DNA of 62,118 bases, filler included, from Choristocarpus tenellus KU-1152 (taxonomy: Eukaryota > Protista > Phaeophyceae): NCBI GenBank assembly GCA_964200185.2. It is 7 parts of 7 records of this genome, joined end to end, with 100 filler letters (N's around TTAATTAATTAA, not from the genome) between each part and the next. Parts side by side here need not be neighbours in the genome. Positions count along the whole stretch, not along the records: positions 26,784 to 56,017 come from CAXNAD020000111.1; 6 more parts are not named here. One strand, written 5' to 3'. Shown in pieces: positions 40,701 to 53,454 of this stretch. The notes under the pieces were generated by a model, which saw only the letters and a program-made list of their open reading frames with translations, ran no database searches and was not told where the DNA came from. Within the stretch, counting starts at the first letter, position 1, and the number at the start of each line of letters is the position of its first letter. A program made the position numbers and the translations under genes.

Positions 40701-41581
40701 TGGTGTTGCAAATGGTCTCAAAACTGGATAAGTCCTCACAGAAACCAACCGATCTAATAACATGTCACAATACCGTACAGCACTCACAACTGCTTCAAGC
40801 TGCTCATACCCAGGAATAACCCTTCTTTTAAATTTCTGAGCTTGTTTTTGTGTAGATACCTGGTAGGCAGAGAAAATGGATCAAACCAGACATCAACATG
40901 GTGAGTGGGAAACGTGTCACATTGTTGGTTCATGAATTCTCTGCTGATGTGAATAGGATCTTCCACTACTGTGCCATCATGCAGCGCAGACAGAATGTAT
41001 TGCCCTAGGCTTCAGAGGTGGGACAACAGCAATCCATTCTGTGCTTCATTTTTTGTTTAGGATGTAACTCCCGAACACGAGATATTTCGGGGGTTTGCGC
41101 GTTAAATCTGAAGCAACTATTCACTTATCACATAGGGAAATACTGAGCATCTCGTTTTGTTTCAGCACTGGTCGAAACAAATCATGATCACTTACAACTT
41201 TGTGATGCTCGCCACCCCCCGAGTTTCAATGCAGGCCCTGATGGCATCCATATCATCATCTTCTAGTCCACAGGTGGATAGATCACTTGCAATAACGGAG
41301 AAAAGTGGAAGATTACATTTGATAGAATCTGCAAGTATTGTATTTGAGGTGTATGGAATTCGGTTGAAAGGCTGTGAAGTTTCGGTTATTTTGAAGAATA
41401 AACTTTCATGAAATTGATCGTAACAGCATCCAAACAACCCTAACAATACATCACGGGCAATTATGCCTTACTTAGGCATGATTCAACTATGAGAAAGAGG
41501 CGATAGAAGTTACAGATAATACCTATACTTACAGGATGGTATCAGTAGCTGAACCACACCGGTAGTTGCTATCCTCTACAG
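37715..41581 (-). CDS. LRR protein with C-terminal tandem knottin-like domains; exons 41581-41533, 41285-41196, 40859-40788, 40369-40298, 39996-39925, 39687-39616, 39219-39160, 38969-38923, 38753-38646, 38177-38030, 37763-37715; 5' exon(s) not resolved
   Basis: All ten introns GT-AG and phase-consistent. N-cap (CGSATDTILDLSTCGL..C), four 24-aa LRRs (LxxNxLxxLPxGxFxGLxxL), C-cap (GNLNLQC..TGTCGC..CG..CTPG..GYEC), then a 12-Cys Lys-rich tail to a TAG stop. Confidence 0.88.
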
Positions 41582-44539
41582 CTGTGAGACAACCTGCTTG
41601 ATCAGATCCATCGACAGGTAAGGGAGAAGACGAGTATAGGGAAGGATTTGTTTCGTATGCTTGGTAATATTTTGTCGCAATCATTGGCTACAGGAGGTAT
41701 GTCCATCTGGTCAGAACAAGATATGGAGGACACCAACTTCGTCACATGGGGAAAGATGGATATTCAGCACAAAAGGTGATAAGATGTTTGTAGCTTGTCC
41801 TGTGCTGAGCTCCTGCGCATGGTATGCAAGCAGTAAATATGTGGGGATTTTTTCATTGTAGATACCGAGACCAGCTGATAGGTTGTTCAGTACAAGACCT
41901 CTGCCATACACCCAATTCATTAGGTAGGTAGTACTAGTATAGACCTATCGAATGTAGACTTAATTGATTCGAATCCAGTATTACCGCACGAGTTTTCGGA
42001 GAAGCGATACCAACAAGACTGTGATTTGGCACACAACTGGAGAATGCATGTATCCGACCATTCTGAGGTGCGACTGTTACTGGCCAAGACTGGACGGGGA
42101 TGTACCAAGGGCAGCTACCTCTACCGCTGCAGCCTTACCGGGGAGGAATATTAGTCATCCGCTTCAAACATACCTTTAATGTCGTGTGCGAACCCGCCAA
42201 GTGTTTGTAGGGTGATCGCAAGAAATCCCAAAATTCTTGCGAGAGTCATGGTACTCCAATCGTGGTAACGGAGATACGTACTCTTTTCTTGGCTGTGCCC
42301 CTTCTTTGCTGTACAGCAAGTGTAGCGAGTGATTGATCCTTCGAGTGGTGGTTCGCTAGTCGGACAGGTGACGACGAAGGACAGGATGATGACGAAGAGT
42401 TCTTAAGTGATGCGTTTTTTTGTCGTTAGGTAGACTGAACTTGTGACGTTGACAGTGACAGGCATGTGAAGACACCAATAACAACATAAGATCTTTCGAT
42501 ACGAATGGTATGGAAGAAGGATCTGAGCACTTGGAGGTGTAAGCTTGAACGATGAAAGGCATGCTGTGACATTATGGATGTGGTCGGTCATTTCAAGGTA
42601 CTCACCTCTCCGAAAAACGTAGCACAAAAACAACAGGTCTTGTTTGTTCAACACCAACAGGACGATAGCAAATACACCAGAAGGAGTGTAGTGGTAGGTA
42701 ATTAAATGGTACGTTCTGTGAAGGGGAGGAATGCAATTTGTGGTGGAGGAATGATGCCTTATCCCTCCATATGCCAGTGAGCTGGGAGAAGCTAACTTCT
42801 TACCGTTGAAATTCGGAATTTTAAGCGGGGAAAAGATATTCCTACTCTTCTAAAATGCTGAAATAGATTCAGTCGTTATTATTCCATAGATTTTGAAACA
42901 GCTAGTCGTGGGACTGTTTGCTGAAGTGGAACAGTGGTATCTAAATGTTGTATAAAATTCAGATGGCAGAAGATGACCCAGCATAATTGGTTGGACATAT
43001 CCCCACTAATTGTATACTCTCTCTCACTAGTCACGTCAATCTTGAGTTTCCCATTTCATTAATTTCAGGACAACAGTCCATCTGTTTATCCTCCACCTTG
43101 AAGGAGTCAGGAAACCGGTCCAGCCAGGTTTCGATCGTGCAACCTCTGGTAGTGTAAACCATTTGAGATATCACTGTTTCACTGCAGGGCAAAAGAGGCG
43201 AGTAGAGTAGTAGTCTAATCGTAGGATTAGGTTGATGTGTTGACTTATCCCCCAATGGGTTCGACGATGATCACACCACTCCTCTGTTTCCTCCCTCGAA
43301 TCCTTGTGGTGTAGACATGTCGGAATCCCTTTCCAAGGAAGCATGTCACATTGTTTGTCTGAGTCTTCCACGTCTTTGTGTCTTGTAGGTATAGATGAGG
43401 ACTGACGTTGATGGGGTTGAGGGTCCCAGTATTTGTAGAGGGAGAAAGTCCTCAATTTTGTACCTGAGTGATGAGGACACTGCAACGCTTGCACAGCATA
43501 CACTACATAGTACAGGATTGAATAGTCTGCATTGGCACAGTGTATTTTAAAAAATATATTTGTGTAATGGAAATATTGTAGTACCATACATACATCACCC
43601 ACAAGTAGTAGGTTGTGTGAAGGGTGAGGAGAATGCCGTTTGTAACAATAGTTGATACCTACATTAGGTTGGGGAAAATATTATTCGTAGCCTTTTCAAC
43701 TGAAAATAACCTTCAACGATACAGTTCCCCACCATCTAGAGGACAAGATGTTAAACACATTTTCGATGCACCAGTTATATATAGGAGATTGAAATAGAAA
43801 CCAGACAACATATTAATAACCAGACCCCCATAACGTATCCATAATACCATACATATATAACCACAACCCTAATCTAACCACAACCTGCCGTAGCCCTACC
43901 CCCCCAGAATCATTACGAAAATAATACACGAGGGATATGTATGTATATTACTATTGGGGTTTGGTTGATACCACATCACTTGTTTCCTCTTTCAATTTTC
44001 CTCATATATAATACAATAACAAATTTCACCTCAGGATTTACTAATATTTTCATTACCATTTTTAGATGTATGAATACTAATATTAAAAAAATTGTCGCCA
44101 TTATGTTCATCACCATCACATTGCTGCGAGGGATCATGCAATCATTATTGAGAACATCGTCCAAAAAAGAAGGCAACATACACACACTATTTGAGAAATG
44201 GAGAATAGAGGTAAGGGCTAAAAAGAAAAACAAACAGGTGCGAGAAAAAAGAATATAAACCACCCAAAAAACATACGGGGAAAAGACCAGAAATTGAATA
44301 CAAGAGAAGTCAACCCCCCAAAAATAAATGTCATTCAGCAGACAAACTGATGCAACTAACAGTGGTGTTGGTGGTATTGGTGGTGTGCAACTGACAGAGC
44401 AAATAGGAGCCTCTGCTTCCCCACGGTACGTTGATACTCTCTTGATTATAACAAGATCCTTGAAGATGGTCGGGTCAGAAGTGAACTTGCCATACTTAAC
44501 ACTGCAGTGAAGAAGATGTTGAACAGGATTGGAGCAAGA

Positions 44540-44700
44540 ACACAAACCTAAAAGCAAGAACACATCCCTGGTGAAGGCCCTGTCCAACCTCAAATGAGTC
44601 TGTGCACTCGCTGTGATCGATGTAAGCACATGTCCTCATGCCAATGTGGAATTGACGGAGATGGCAGAAATCATCCCCAAACGTGCTTTCCATCTAAAGT
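44540..44700 (-). mobile_element. RTE-like LINE RT fragment
   Basis: RQFHIGMRTC..ECTDSFEVGQGLHQGCVL (GLRQGC motif). Confidence 0.75.
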
Positions 44701-44959
44701 AGCTGAGGTTAGCACGGCAGTGGGAGTCGTGACTCATGGGACTGGCCGCGACCGTAGGCAGATCCGTGACCCAGACATTTTGAAACAGTTCGTGGCCATG
44801 GACTGGCCCTGATGGAATCTACATTGGCAAAGACAAAAACAACAAGTTGGCAGCCATGGACGTGCCCTGTAAGAAAAATATATTTTTTATGGCCGGGCAG
44901 GCAATAAGACAAACTTGTTGTCAAGTTACATAGGCAAGACATATCCCTTCGATCCTCTG

Positions 44960-46415
44960 AGGTATTATTATGGAAGGAACTCCCATCCTCTTCAATATCT
45001 TCTTCACTGCTTGATGCTAAGTGTAGGGGTTAAAGGACCTCACCTCTAACCCGACTATCCGCAAGGAAGGACGTTGCTGTCATCAAGAGTTGATACGAAT
45101 AACCAGCTCAGAGGAGGAGGAACAATAGGGCGTGGGATAAGACCTGAGCGACTCTTTTGGTGCATGCTTTTGTGCTGGTGATGCGGGGATTGTCTCTAAG
45201 GTCCAACAAGGATATTGGACCAATACGATGACGACGATTGTGAAATTGCCCGGATCCTTCAGTCTGACCGTGTCGGCGTTAAATACGGAGACCGTGTGTC
45301 TCCAGCCTCCAAATTATGTAGAAGATACTTCTTTGTGGATTATGTTGCCGATACAGTATAGACATCACTGGTAGAATACACAGTAGGGTGGAGATTCAGA
45401 AAAGGACATGCCATTGCATTGTTGTGTTGTCAGGACATTGGGTTTGTGTACTTGATATATGGCATCATGCTCTAGATGTCTTGATTGACTGATGTCTAGT
45501 GATTAGTTCTAGATATATACCGATCATGCTGAAGACAAGTAAATTAATTATCCGTGGGTAGTTGGTGCGGACGATTGCACACCCAACGACATTAACAAAA
45601 CAATGGTAGATGCGACCAGTTGTGAGCTCCACGAGTTCAGTCAACGAATTTGAGACCATGACCCCCTTGTATCATTAATTGCTACACAGTAACACTGACC
45701 GAGAATGTCAAAGTATATTAGAGGGTAGCGTCGCGTCCATTTGGGGCCAAGATCAATTGTTGCAATTTGATGTAATTTCGGCTATCATGTTTGTTAGGAG
45801 ATGTCAATATCCTTATTCCAGACACTCCTTTTCATAACGTATACATTTTACCTATTCCAAAACAATTTGGGAGAAGGTAAAATGTCATAAAAAAAAACGT
45901 GGGAAGCCATCTCCAAAATGGACAAACAGGGAAAAACTCGTACCCTCTAAGATACTTTCACTCAGATATTGTCCTATGTCAAGGCTCATCGTAGACAACC
46001 TCATCCTCGACTCCAGAGTGGGATACTACAACAATGAGCCAAAAAAAATGAGAGATAGGCAGGTTTGGACCCTTCTGCGTTCCAAGCCATCTCGCTTACC
46101 CTATGCAATACACTCTTATTCCATTGCTCTATGTGCACAATAGTGTATGCAAAATTGATATTCCCCCTTTCCATACACACAAGGTGACGCCACAATCCCG
46201 CACAGAGGCTCTTTCTGCGATTTTAAAAAATGGCATCTTTTTGCCCTTTATCGGGATCCTTAAAATGCAACCCTGCCTACCTATCGTGCCAATCCAGTTA
46301 CTGAACCAGAGATACAAACAGACTGAAAAATTTGATCACCCTGGAGACACCATCGATGATGAAGCCGCAATCATTGCCAAGGTCAGCCAGAGGATTCAGA
46401 AAGCTTGGGAGTTGT
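44960..46415 (+). mobile_element. Discontinuous RTE-like LINE RT fragments (44960-45320; ~46290-46415)
   Basis: Degenerate WCML.A.DAGIVS, MTTIV..FSLTVS..TETVCL; QRYKQTEKF..I..RIQKAW. Confidence 0.65.
45705..45963 (-). mobile_element. MITE family B copy
   Basis: Reverse orientation; left terminus mutated, TSD ambiguous. Confidence 0.85.
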
Positions 46416-46618
46416 GAGTCAAAGCATTTAGTAGGGTAGGGCCGCGTCCTCTTGGAGTCCAATATCCAATGGTAATATTTTGATGTAATTTTGGATACCG
46501 TGTTTGTTAGGAAGTGTCAATATCCTTGTTCCGGACACACCTTTCATAGTCGTACACATTTTACCTACTCCGAGATGTTTCGGAGTAGGTAACTGTCCTA
46601 AAAAAACCCGTGGGAAGC
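46416..46618 (-). mobile_element. MITE family B copy truncated at a Copia LTR
   Basis: GAGTCAAAGCATTT... homology stops exactly at the LTR start TG (46619). Confidence 0.85.
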
Positions 46619-47941
46619 TGTGCAGATTGAGACCGCTGTTTGTCTCAGAATGGAAGAAGAGAGAAGAAAGAGATGGCAGCTTCGCACGATTCCCATTAGC
46701 TGAATATGATTACATGGTTGAAAAGAAGAGTGTCCTTGTGGGATGTCTTCTTATTGCTTATGTATCATTATTTGCGCCTCAGATGTAAGTCAACGGCTAT
46801 GTCAGATAAGTTTAATTGCAACGCCAAATCCAAAACATAATCCAGATGTACAATTTCATTAGTTACATCACATGGACTCAATCCAATGCCATATTCTCAC
46901 ATACACATAATAGGGTACACCTTACAATTGCCCTATTTTGCACACTCCCCCATGAGAGTGCAGGCCATGAAGGGTTGCTGGAACTCTCAAACCAACAAAA
47001 AAATACATATCCATAGTCAGAACGAAATTAATCTACAGCCTTGTCAGCACTGCCTGTCTGAATGGTCCCGAATGCTCTCGGTTACGTATTACCGTAGCAT
47101 GTATCTTATCCTGCACACTTCCCCATGAAGTCCATGGTGTATGCTCATCTGTCTCAAACGTCGCTTGGGCTGAGGTCCCCAACTTGGCCTCTTGAGAAAG
47201 TCAGGTGTACCAACACAGTATAATGTACGATCATGTCCCTTGATGATCCCTCATTTGGTGTATGGGTGAAAATTTGAACCAGCTCCCCTCTGCTGTTTCT
47301 CTGGGTGGATGTAGCACTCGCTCCTCCAGGCCCAAAGCCTTTCATAGTTGAAGACTTTCCCCGTCAGACACTCACATTCTTCCATTGAATAGGAGTAGAT
47401 TTCCCGTGATGCTCTGTCTCGATACAGGATCGTTGACCCAGTCCGAGTCCCCATACCCTGTGAGCCGCCCTTTGTTGTCTCTCTCTCTCCTTCAGTAGGA
47501 TAGTGTATCCCCACATTGGTGGAGCCTGTAACATAACGCAGTACATGTTGTAGTCCCTTCCAGTGCCACCTGCGTGGTGTGGAAGCAGTGTGATCCAGTT
47601 CTCTCACAGAGCTGCTGCTGTCACCAGCACTGTCCATATGATATCATTCACTGGGTTGGACGCGTTGAGGTAATTCCACACCCTCTTGTTGAGTGAAGAC
47701 CTGTGCCACCAACCTGGCCTTGAACCGTTCAATGGTCCCCTCAGCTGTTGGCTTTATCTTAAATTCGGACTTAGTCTTGACAGTATTTCTTCCCTGTGGC
47801 AATACCTCTCCATGAATGTCCCCTTCGTCCATTGTTGCTCTATCTTCTCCATCGCCACTTGCCATCCTCGTGCATCAGGTACCGCAAGTGCCTCTGATAT
47901 TGAAGATGGTTCTTGGTGGTCTGGAGCAGATACTACTTACT

Positions 47942-48119
47942 GATCCAAAGTATCTGGGGGGGAGGGGGATCTACACCAGGGTGTCCATTTGGGCCATAAC
48001 CAGGAAACGTGCACCTACATTATCCATCCGATGCATGTAACCAAATCACCCAATAATCGCAAGATGAAAAAATTGGCTCCAAATGGACAACCACCACCCC
48101 CTCCCAGATACTTTGAGCC
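47942..48119 (+). mobile_element. MITE family A copy
   Basis: TSD ACT; empty site TACTTACTCCCC seen in the sister repeat at 49046-49057. Confidence 0.92.
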
Positions 48120-48232
48120 ACTCCCTAGACTTACCAGTCTTGTGCAGACAGCCCTTTGCCGACAATCTGCCTCGCCAGGGTGCCTCTGATATTGAAGATG
48201 GTTCTGGATGGTCTGGAGTAGATAGTACTTTC

Positions 48233-48936
48233 TATTAAAACCTGAATCGAATGCATCATACTTCTGAGTAAAATGGGTAGTCTGCGTTGCGAAGAGAAGT
48301 CATTGTGCTGGAAAGCAGCGATGAATAAATTGCGTAGTCTGTGTTATGAAGGGAAGTCATAGTGCGGCAATGTACCGATGTATTTGTTCTGTTGTAACTG
48401 AGGTCATTGCTCCCTCAGTCAAGAATGATGTGATGTGAATTCAGTGTTTTTTCTTGAGATACTCAACGAAAGAAGTCCATGCTCTGTGGAGAGGCTTGTT
48501 ACCTTGGCCGACAAGGGTTTCCGTGGAGGGTTTAACTCTGAATATATAGCATCCACGCGTTCATTAGGTACAACTATTGTAGAGTGAGGTTGGTGCATTA
48601 TGAGGGGGCAATGGCAGCCAAGAAATAAACAATAATCAACAATTAACGTACAACTGTGATCTTCTAACCTGCTAAGAAGAAGAGAAAGAAAATGAAAAAG
48701 GCAAACAACAGAACAACCTTGAATCATTATGTGATGCATCTCGAGTGGCGCATACTATTCCTGTGTGTGGGATACGGAGCGACTGTTCTGTACTGCAGTG
48801 TTCTGATGGTAATTGATGCGCTGATGATGAACTAGTGACAGTAACGACCAGTGCGTAACGGGCCAATCAACGGTCAGTATTGATTGGTGATACTGTATCT
48901 TATGAAGAAAGCAAATGAGTAGCCTATGTTTTAACA
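48233..48936. mobile_element. Solo LTR (704 bp) of a second LTR family
   Basis: Termini TATTAAAA...TTTTAACA; 5-bp TSD CTTTC (48228-48232/48937-48941). Confidence 0.85.
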
Positions 48937-51080
48937 CTTTCTCCACAGACTTACCAGTCTTGTGCAGGCAGCCCTTTGCCGACAACCTGCCTTGCTAGGG
49001 TGCCTCTGATATTGAAGGTGGTTCTTGAAGGTCTGGAGTAGGTAGTACTTACTCCCCAGACTTACCAGTCTTGTGCAGACAGCCCTTTCCCGATAACCTT
49101 CCCTGCGAGGGTCATCAAGGTCTGCCATTGTGGGAACCACCTTGGAAAGAGCAACGCCTTACCCTACCAGGGTTGGTTGCCTGAATCCTTCTCCCTTAGG
49201 AGTTAGAGGCTTAACTCAGCCCTCTTACAGGCGAGAGGGGGGTTTTGGAGATGTGCCATCGCAGGAAGCACTTCACATGTAGCTGCCCCTTTCTCTTTTC
49301 GTGGACGTTTAGTTTACTGCTCCTGCTGATATATCTGCTCCCCTTTTGGAAGGTACAGCGATTGCTTTCCTCACTCTGTAAGCAAGAATCTTGGGGTCTC
49401 CAATCGATGCACATGCCCCGTCAGGGACAATTGTGGTGACGACTGCTCCAGGTCCATCTGGCGCAGGCTTGGTCACAGTTGCAGCTCTGGCTGCATTGCC
49501 CCGATTGTCTCCATCATCTTGTCACAGGGTCTATACCAGTGCTCAATCTTCGGCATGGCATACCAGGTACCCAAACTATATCCTGAAGTATCAACCTTGA
49601 CCTCCAGTTCTTGCCTGTCGTTGTCAATAGTACCATATCCCATGTCTCCTTAGCCTCCAGCTTCCCATTTTTGTCGAAGGCGCAGGTCCACTTTGTTCGT
49701 ATAGTGATGATGAGTCTATTGCCCGTTTCAGCTCCTTGTAGGCTTATCCGGTCTTGTCATGAGCTGCACGGGGATCTCGTCCTCCGAGGGTCCTCTGAAA
49801 GGAATATATGTTCAGCATGCGTCCTTGATGCCTAATTGCCTGCTTCAGCACCTGGTAAGTTGTACCAGGACTTTTCAAGCTGGACTACGAAAACCGCACA
49901 GTGCAGCTTCTGGAGGCGTCCTTCCAAGGTGATGATCTGGACGGGGACCTTGTCCTCCGCACGTCCTCCATTGACTCTTTCTAATTCCATCCATGGTCCT
50001 GTGTTGTCTGGGTTCTCTTTTTCGACTGTGACCACGGTTGCTGCCGCGGACCCTCTTGTCTGATGAGTTGCACAGGGATCTCGTCCTCTGCGGGTCCTCC
50101 ATAGACTATTTCTCATTGTTCTCGTGCACCCTTCGTTCCTGTTCTGTTGGTGTCTCCATGAATTCAGGGACCACGCATTTTCGCCGTTGAATGTCGTACA
50201 GACCCTCTCCGCCGGCGTAACCCACGACAGATAATCCCAATATTGTCCAGATCTCCACTGACCGTCCTGGAGCTCCATTCCAGGTAGAGAACTTCTTCAT
50301 ATGATTTCCGTATCGTTGAGGCTCATAAACTGTGCAGTTAAACTTGGAAAGTATTCATAACCTGTGCAGATTTAGATTGCTGTTTGTGTCGATATGGAAG
50401 AAGAGAGAAGAGAGAAGAAGATAGAGATGGGAGCCTCACACGATTCCCCATTACTAAATACGACCACATGGTTAAAAACAAGAGTGACCTTGTGGGGTAT
50501 CTTCTTATTGCTTGTTTTATTTATTGTTGTGCCTCATACGTAACTCATGCTTAACTGCAATATTAAATCTCATAACTCACATGTACCATCTAATTAGTTA
50601 CATCAAATGGACTCAATCCAACGCCATAATCTCACATACACAAAACAGGGTACACCTTACGGTTGTCCTATTTTTGGACAAGTTCCTCTCGCTTTTTGGC
50701 AAATGATGCATTTCCCCTACTCCTTTTTTCTTCCACCTTCCCTCTCAGGTGTAGATATACAACATTTTCCATTATACTCGACAGTTTTGAAAATTCCCCC
50801 GATTTCTCCAATTTTATCTGTGGACTGGTCGTGAAGTTCTGAGGTAACTTGTCCTTGATCCCGAGTCCATGAATTCTCCTCCTTCTCGTAGCAGGGTCCC
50901 AGTGCTCAATATTCGGCATGGCATACCAGGTACCCAAGTATCACCCTTGACTCCTCGTTCTTGCTCGTTATCAATAATACCATATCACCTATCTCCTTAG
51001 CCCCCAGCTTCCCATTATTGCCGAAAGTGCAGGTTGGCTTGTTGCTTGTGTGCTCACCAGATCCTCTCTCTGTGGCATGA

Positions 51081-51258
51081 GACCCAAAGTATCTGGGGGA
51101 GGGGGGGGTCTGCACCCGAGTGTCCATTTGGACCCAAACCAGGAAAAGTGCACTTTCATTATCCATCCATATTACGGAACCAAATCACCCAAAAATTGCG
51201 ACATGAAAAAATTGACCCCAAATGGACAGTCGCAACCCCCCCCCAGATACTTTGGGCC
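51081..51258 (+). mobile_element. MITE family A copy
   Basis: GACCCAAAGTATCTGG...CCAGATACTTTGGGCC; TSD TGA. Confidence 0.92.
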
Positions 51259-52850
51259 TGAGATGTACGTTCGCTCCAGAGTTGCATAGGAGTTCAATAT
51301 CTTTGACTTACGATGAGCTACGCATCACTTCCTCGTCCTCTTTGCTGGCTGTTACCTTGAAGGTTGAGAATGACCGTGCTTGATTCCTGTCGCCACTCCT
51401 TCCCTTTTGACGTCCTCCTTGTCTGGGTGTAGATGTAGCTCCAGGTGATGGAGGAAATGTATAGCAGGCACCATCCCTCAAGGTCGTTCTGCTGGTGGTT
51501 TTTCCACCAAATACGACCTGCACTCTCTCCATCGATGACATCGTTTTGAGACAGAAAACGCATTGGTTAAGATCGGGATACCTAGATGACCCCCCATGAT
51601 TGTCCAACAGTCGGTCCCATGTTGTGCTTTGTGGGGCCGTCGCATTTCTGTTCCCGTCCTGGCCGGAATGTAAGTATGATTATGATGAGACGATTGCCCG
51701 CTTCAGCTCCTCTTAGTTTATATCAGGTCTTGTGATCAGCTGTGCGAAAATGTTGGGCATGGTGTCCATTATGCCCAACAGTATTGAAGCCGTCTTGATG
51801 TTCTCAGCCTCTGCAAAAATATCCGTTCGATTTTGACTTTGAAATCCGTACTTTCCATAGTCGAGAAGGACCGTACCTTCTAGAGGCGTGCTTACAGGGC
51901 GATAATTTGCAATACAAATTAATATTATTGCTACATCAAATGTGTAAAAACTCAGTATTCTATGAATAGTGTGATTCTGTGGCGGCGTGGTTCCCTCAGC
52001 TAAGGGTGGCGAAGAGAATCACCGGGCAAAGCGGATCAGACAAACGAAGACGAACCGTAACCGAGAGGAGGAGGTTATGATTGAACAAATGCAAGACTGA
52101 AAGGGCTTGGAGGGAAAAGTGGGGAACTGGGGAAGTGGGGAGGATAACGATCCGGATAGAGATGGGAGATTCGCCTTAGAAAAACGTACTCATAAAGAGC
52201 CGTTACGGGAAGACACAGAAATCCATCACTCCGAACATCCTCCAAAAAGTTGAACCGAAGTTCTCCGAACAAAACCTCAATCGGTATAACGGTGTATGGT
52301 ATAGGTCAACAACAGTATAACAACAGACAAACGTACTTTCCATATCACCCCCCCTTTTAATCGGCCTTGAAGCCGTGTGAACATGATTCAAGGTCAACAA
52401 AAAAGTGAGCTCTGGGAGCAAAATGGGAAACATAAATGACTGATACTATACTATTGCGCCATTTTATTACGGTCCGTTAATACATAATGGAGTGTAACAT
52501 ATAAACGAGGCACTTAATGAATATCTGATCAGGATAACATTAGCCTAAGGTTGATGGTATGTGGTCAGCATACCAATCAAGCTTACGGGGTCTGAGAGTA
52601 TGGGATCAGCACATCAATTAGCCTAATGATGAGGCGAGAGGTATACGGGGCCAGCATATAGGTCTCTATTATCTTACATTAAACAGAGGATACACTCAGA
52701 TTGGGGAGACAAGGAGCAAACGCTACTCAAAGTCAATAAACTGTTTGACTGGTGTTTATATTTCGATATTGCTGTACGAGTGTTATAGGATGATTAGATC
52801 ACCACTCCAATCCGTGAAAACAACATTGCGTGTTACATGATCAATATCAA

Positions 52851-53030
52851 GACCCAAAGTGTCAGGGGGGGGGGGGGGTCAACACAAGGGTGTCAGTTTG
52901 GGCCATAACCCGGAAAGGTGCAGTTATATTATCCATCCAACACATGCAACCAAATCACACAAAAATGGCCACATGAAAAAATTGACCTAAAATGGGCAGC
53001 CGATTCCCCCCCCCCCAGATACTTTGAGCC
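52851..53030 (+). mobile_element. MITE family A copy
   Basis: TIRs present; 4-bp TSD TCAA. Confidence 0.9.
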
Positions 53031-53454
53031 TCAACACAGTAAACGACGAGATCAAATATGTGCACTTATTCTCCTTCCTCAATTCTGAAATCGATTGAAG
53101 ATATTGTTCAACGACAACTACAATATTCCAAGTGGACAAACTTGGATGTATGATGTTGGAGGCTCAACTCTCCTAAAACGATACGAGGTGACTGTACGGT
53201 CAATGCATCATGTTGGGGGGGTCATGTCACACTCTAAAAATAGAATAAATCACATTTGTGACTCACCTGAAATCTCCATCTCTTACCTAGTGGTAGATTT
53301 GAATCTTCAATTTTGTTATTGATGGGGTTAGTCATTTCATGATGATGATCAATAAATTCATTTCATGAAAACATGACATGATGTAATGAACAGACACCTC
53401 TAACACAAGGGCGCTAATGTGCCCAGTGATACGGCCTCTTCACTACCGCATGTG

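Larger units (their letters stand above)
47888..49111. repeat. 111-bp (37-codon) tandem repeat x3 in the Copia pre-RT linker
   Basis: Units start at 47888, 48180 and 49000; spacing is 111 bp after removing insertions and their TSDs. Confidence 0.85.
46619..50680 (-). mobile_element. Decayed Ty1/Copia retrotransposon with LTRs at 46619-46944 and 50363-50680
   Basis: TG...CA LTRs; PPT (GGGGAG on minus) at 46945-46950; copia-type PBS GGTTATGA at ~50352-50362; ERFKARLVAQ.FTQQEGV (RT) and HWKGLQHVLRY. LTRs visibly diverged with no matching TSD, so possibly chimeric. Confidence 0.85.

Noticed and set aside
41700-42560. Candidate first exons of the LRR gene
   Set aside because: Several donors are present but no unambiguous in-phase, stop-free path to a start codon.
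43976-44629. 217-aa hydrophobic ORF
   Set aside because: Begins in a LINE fragment and runs through low-complexity AT-rich sequence; no coherent family.
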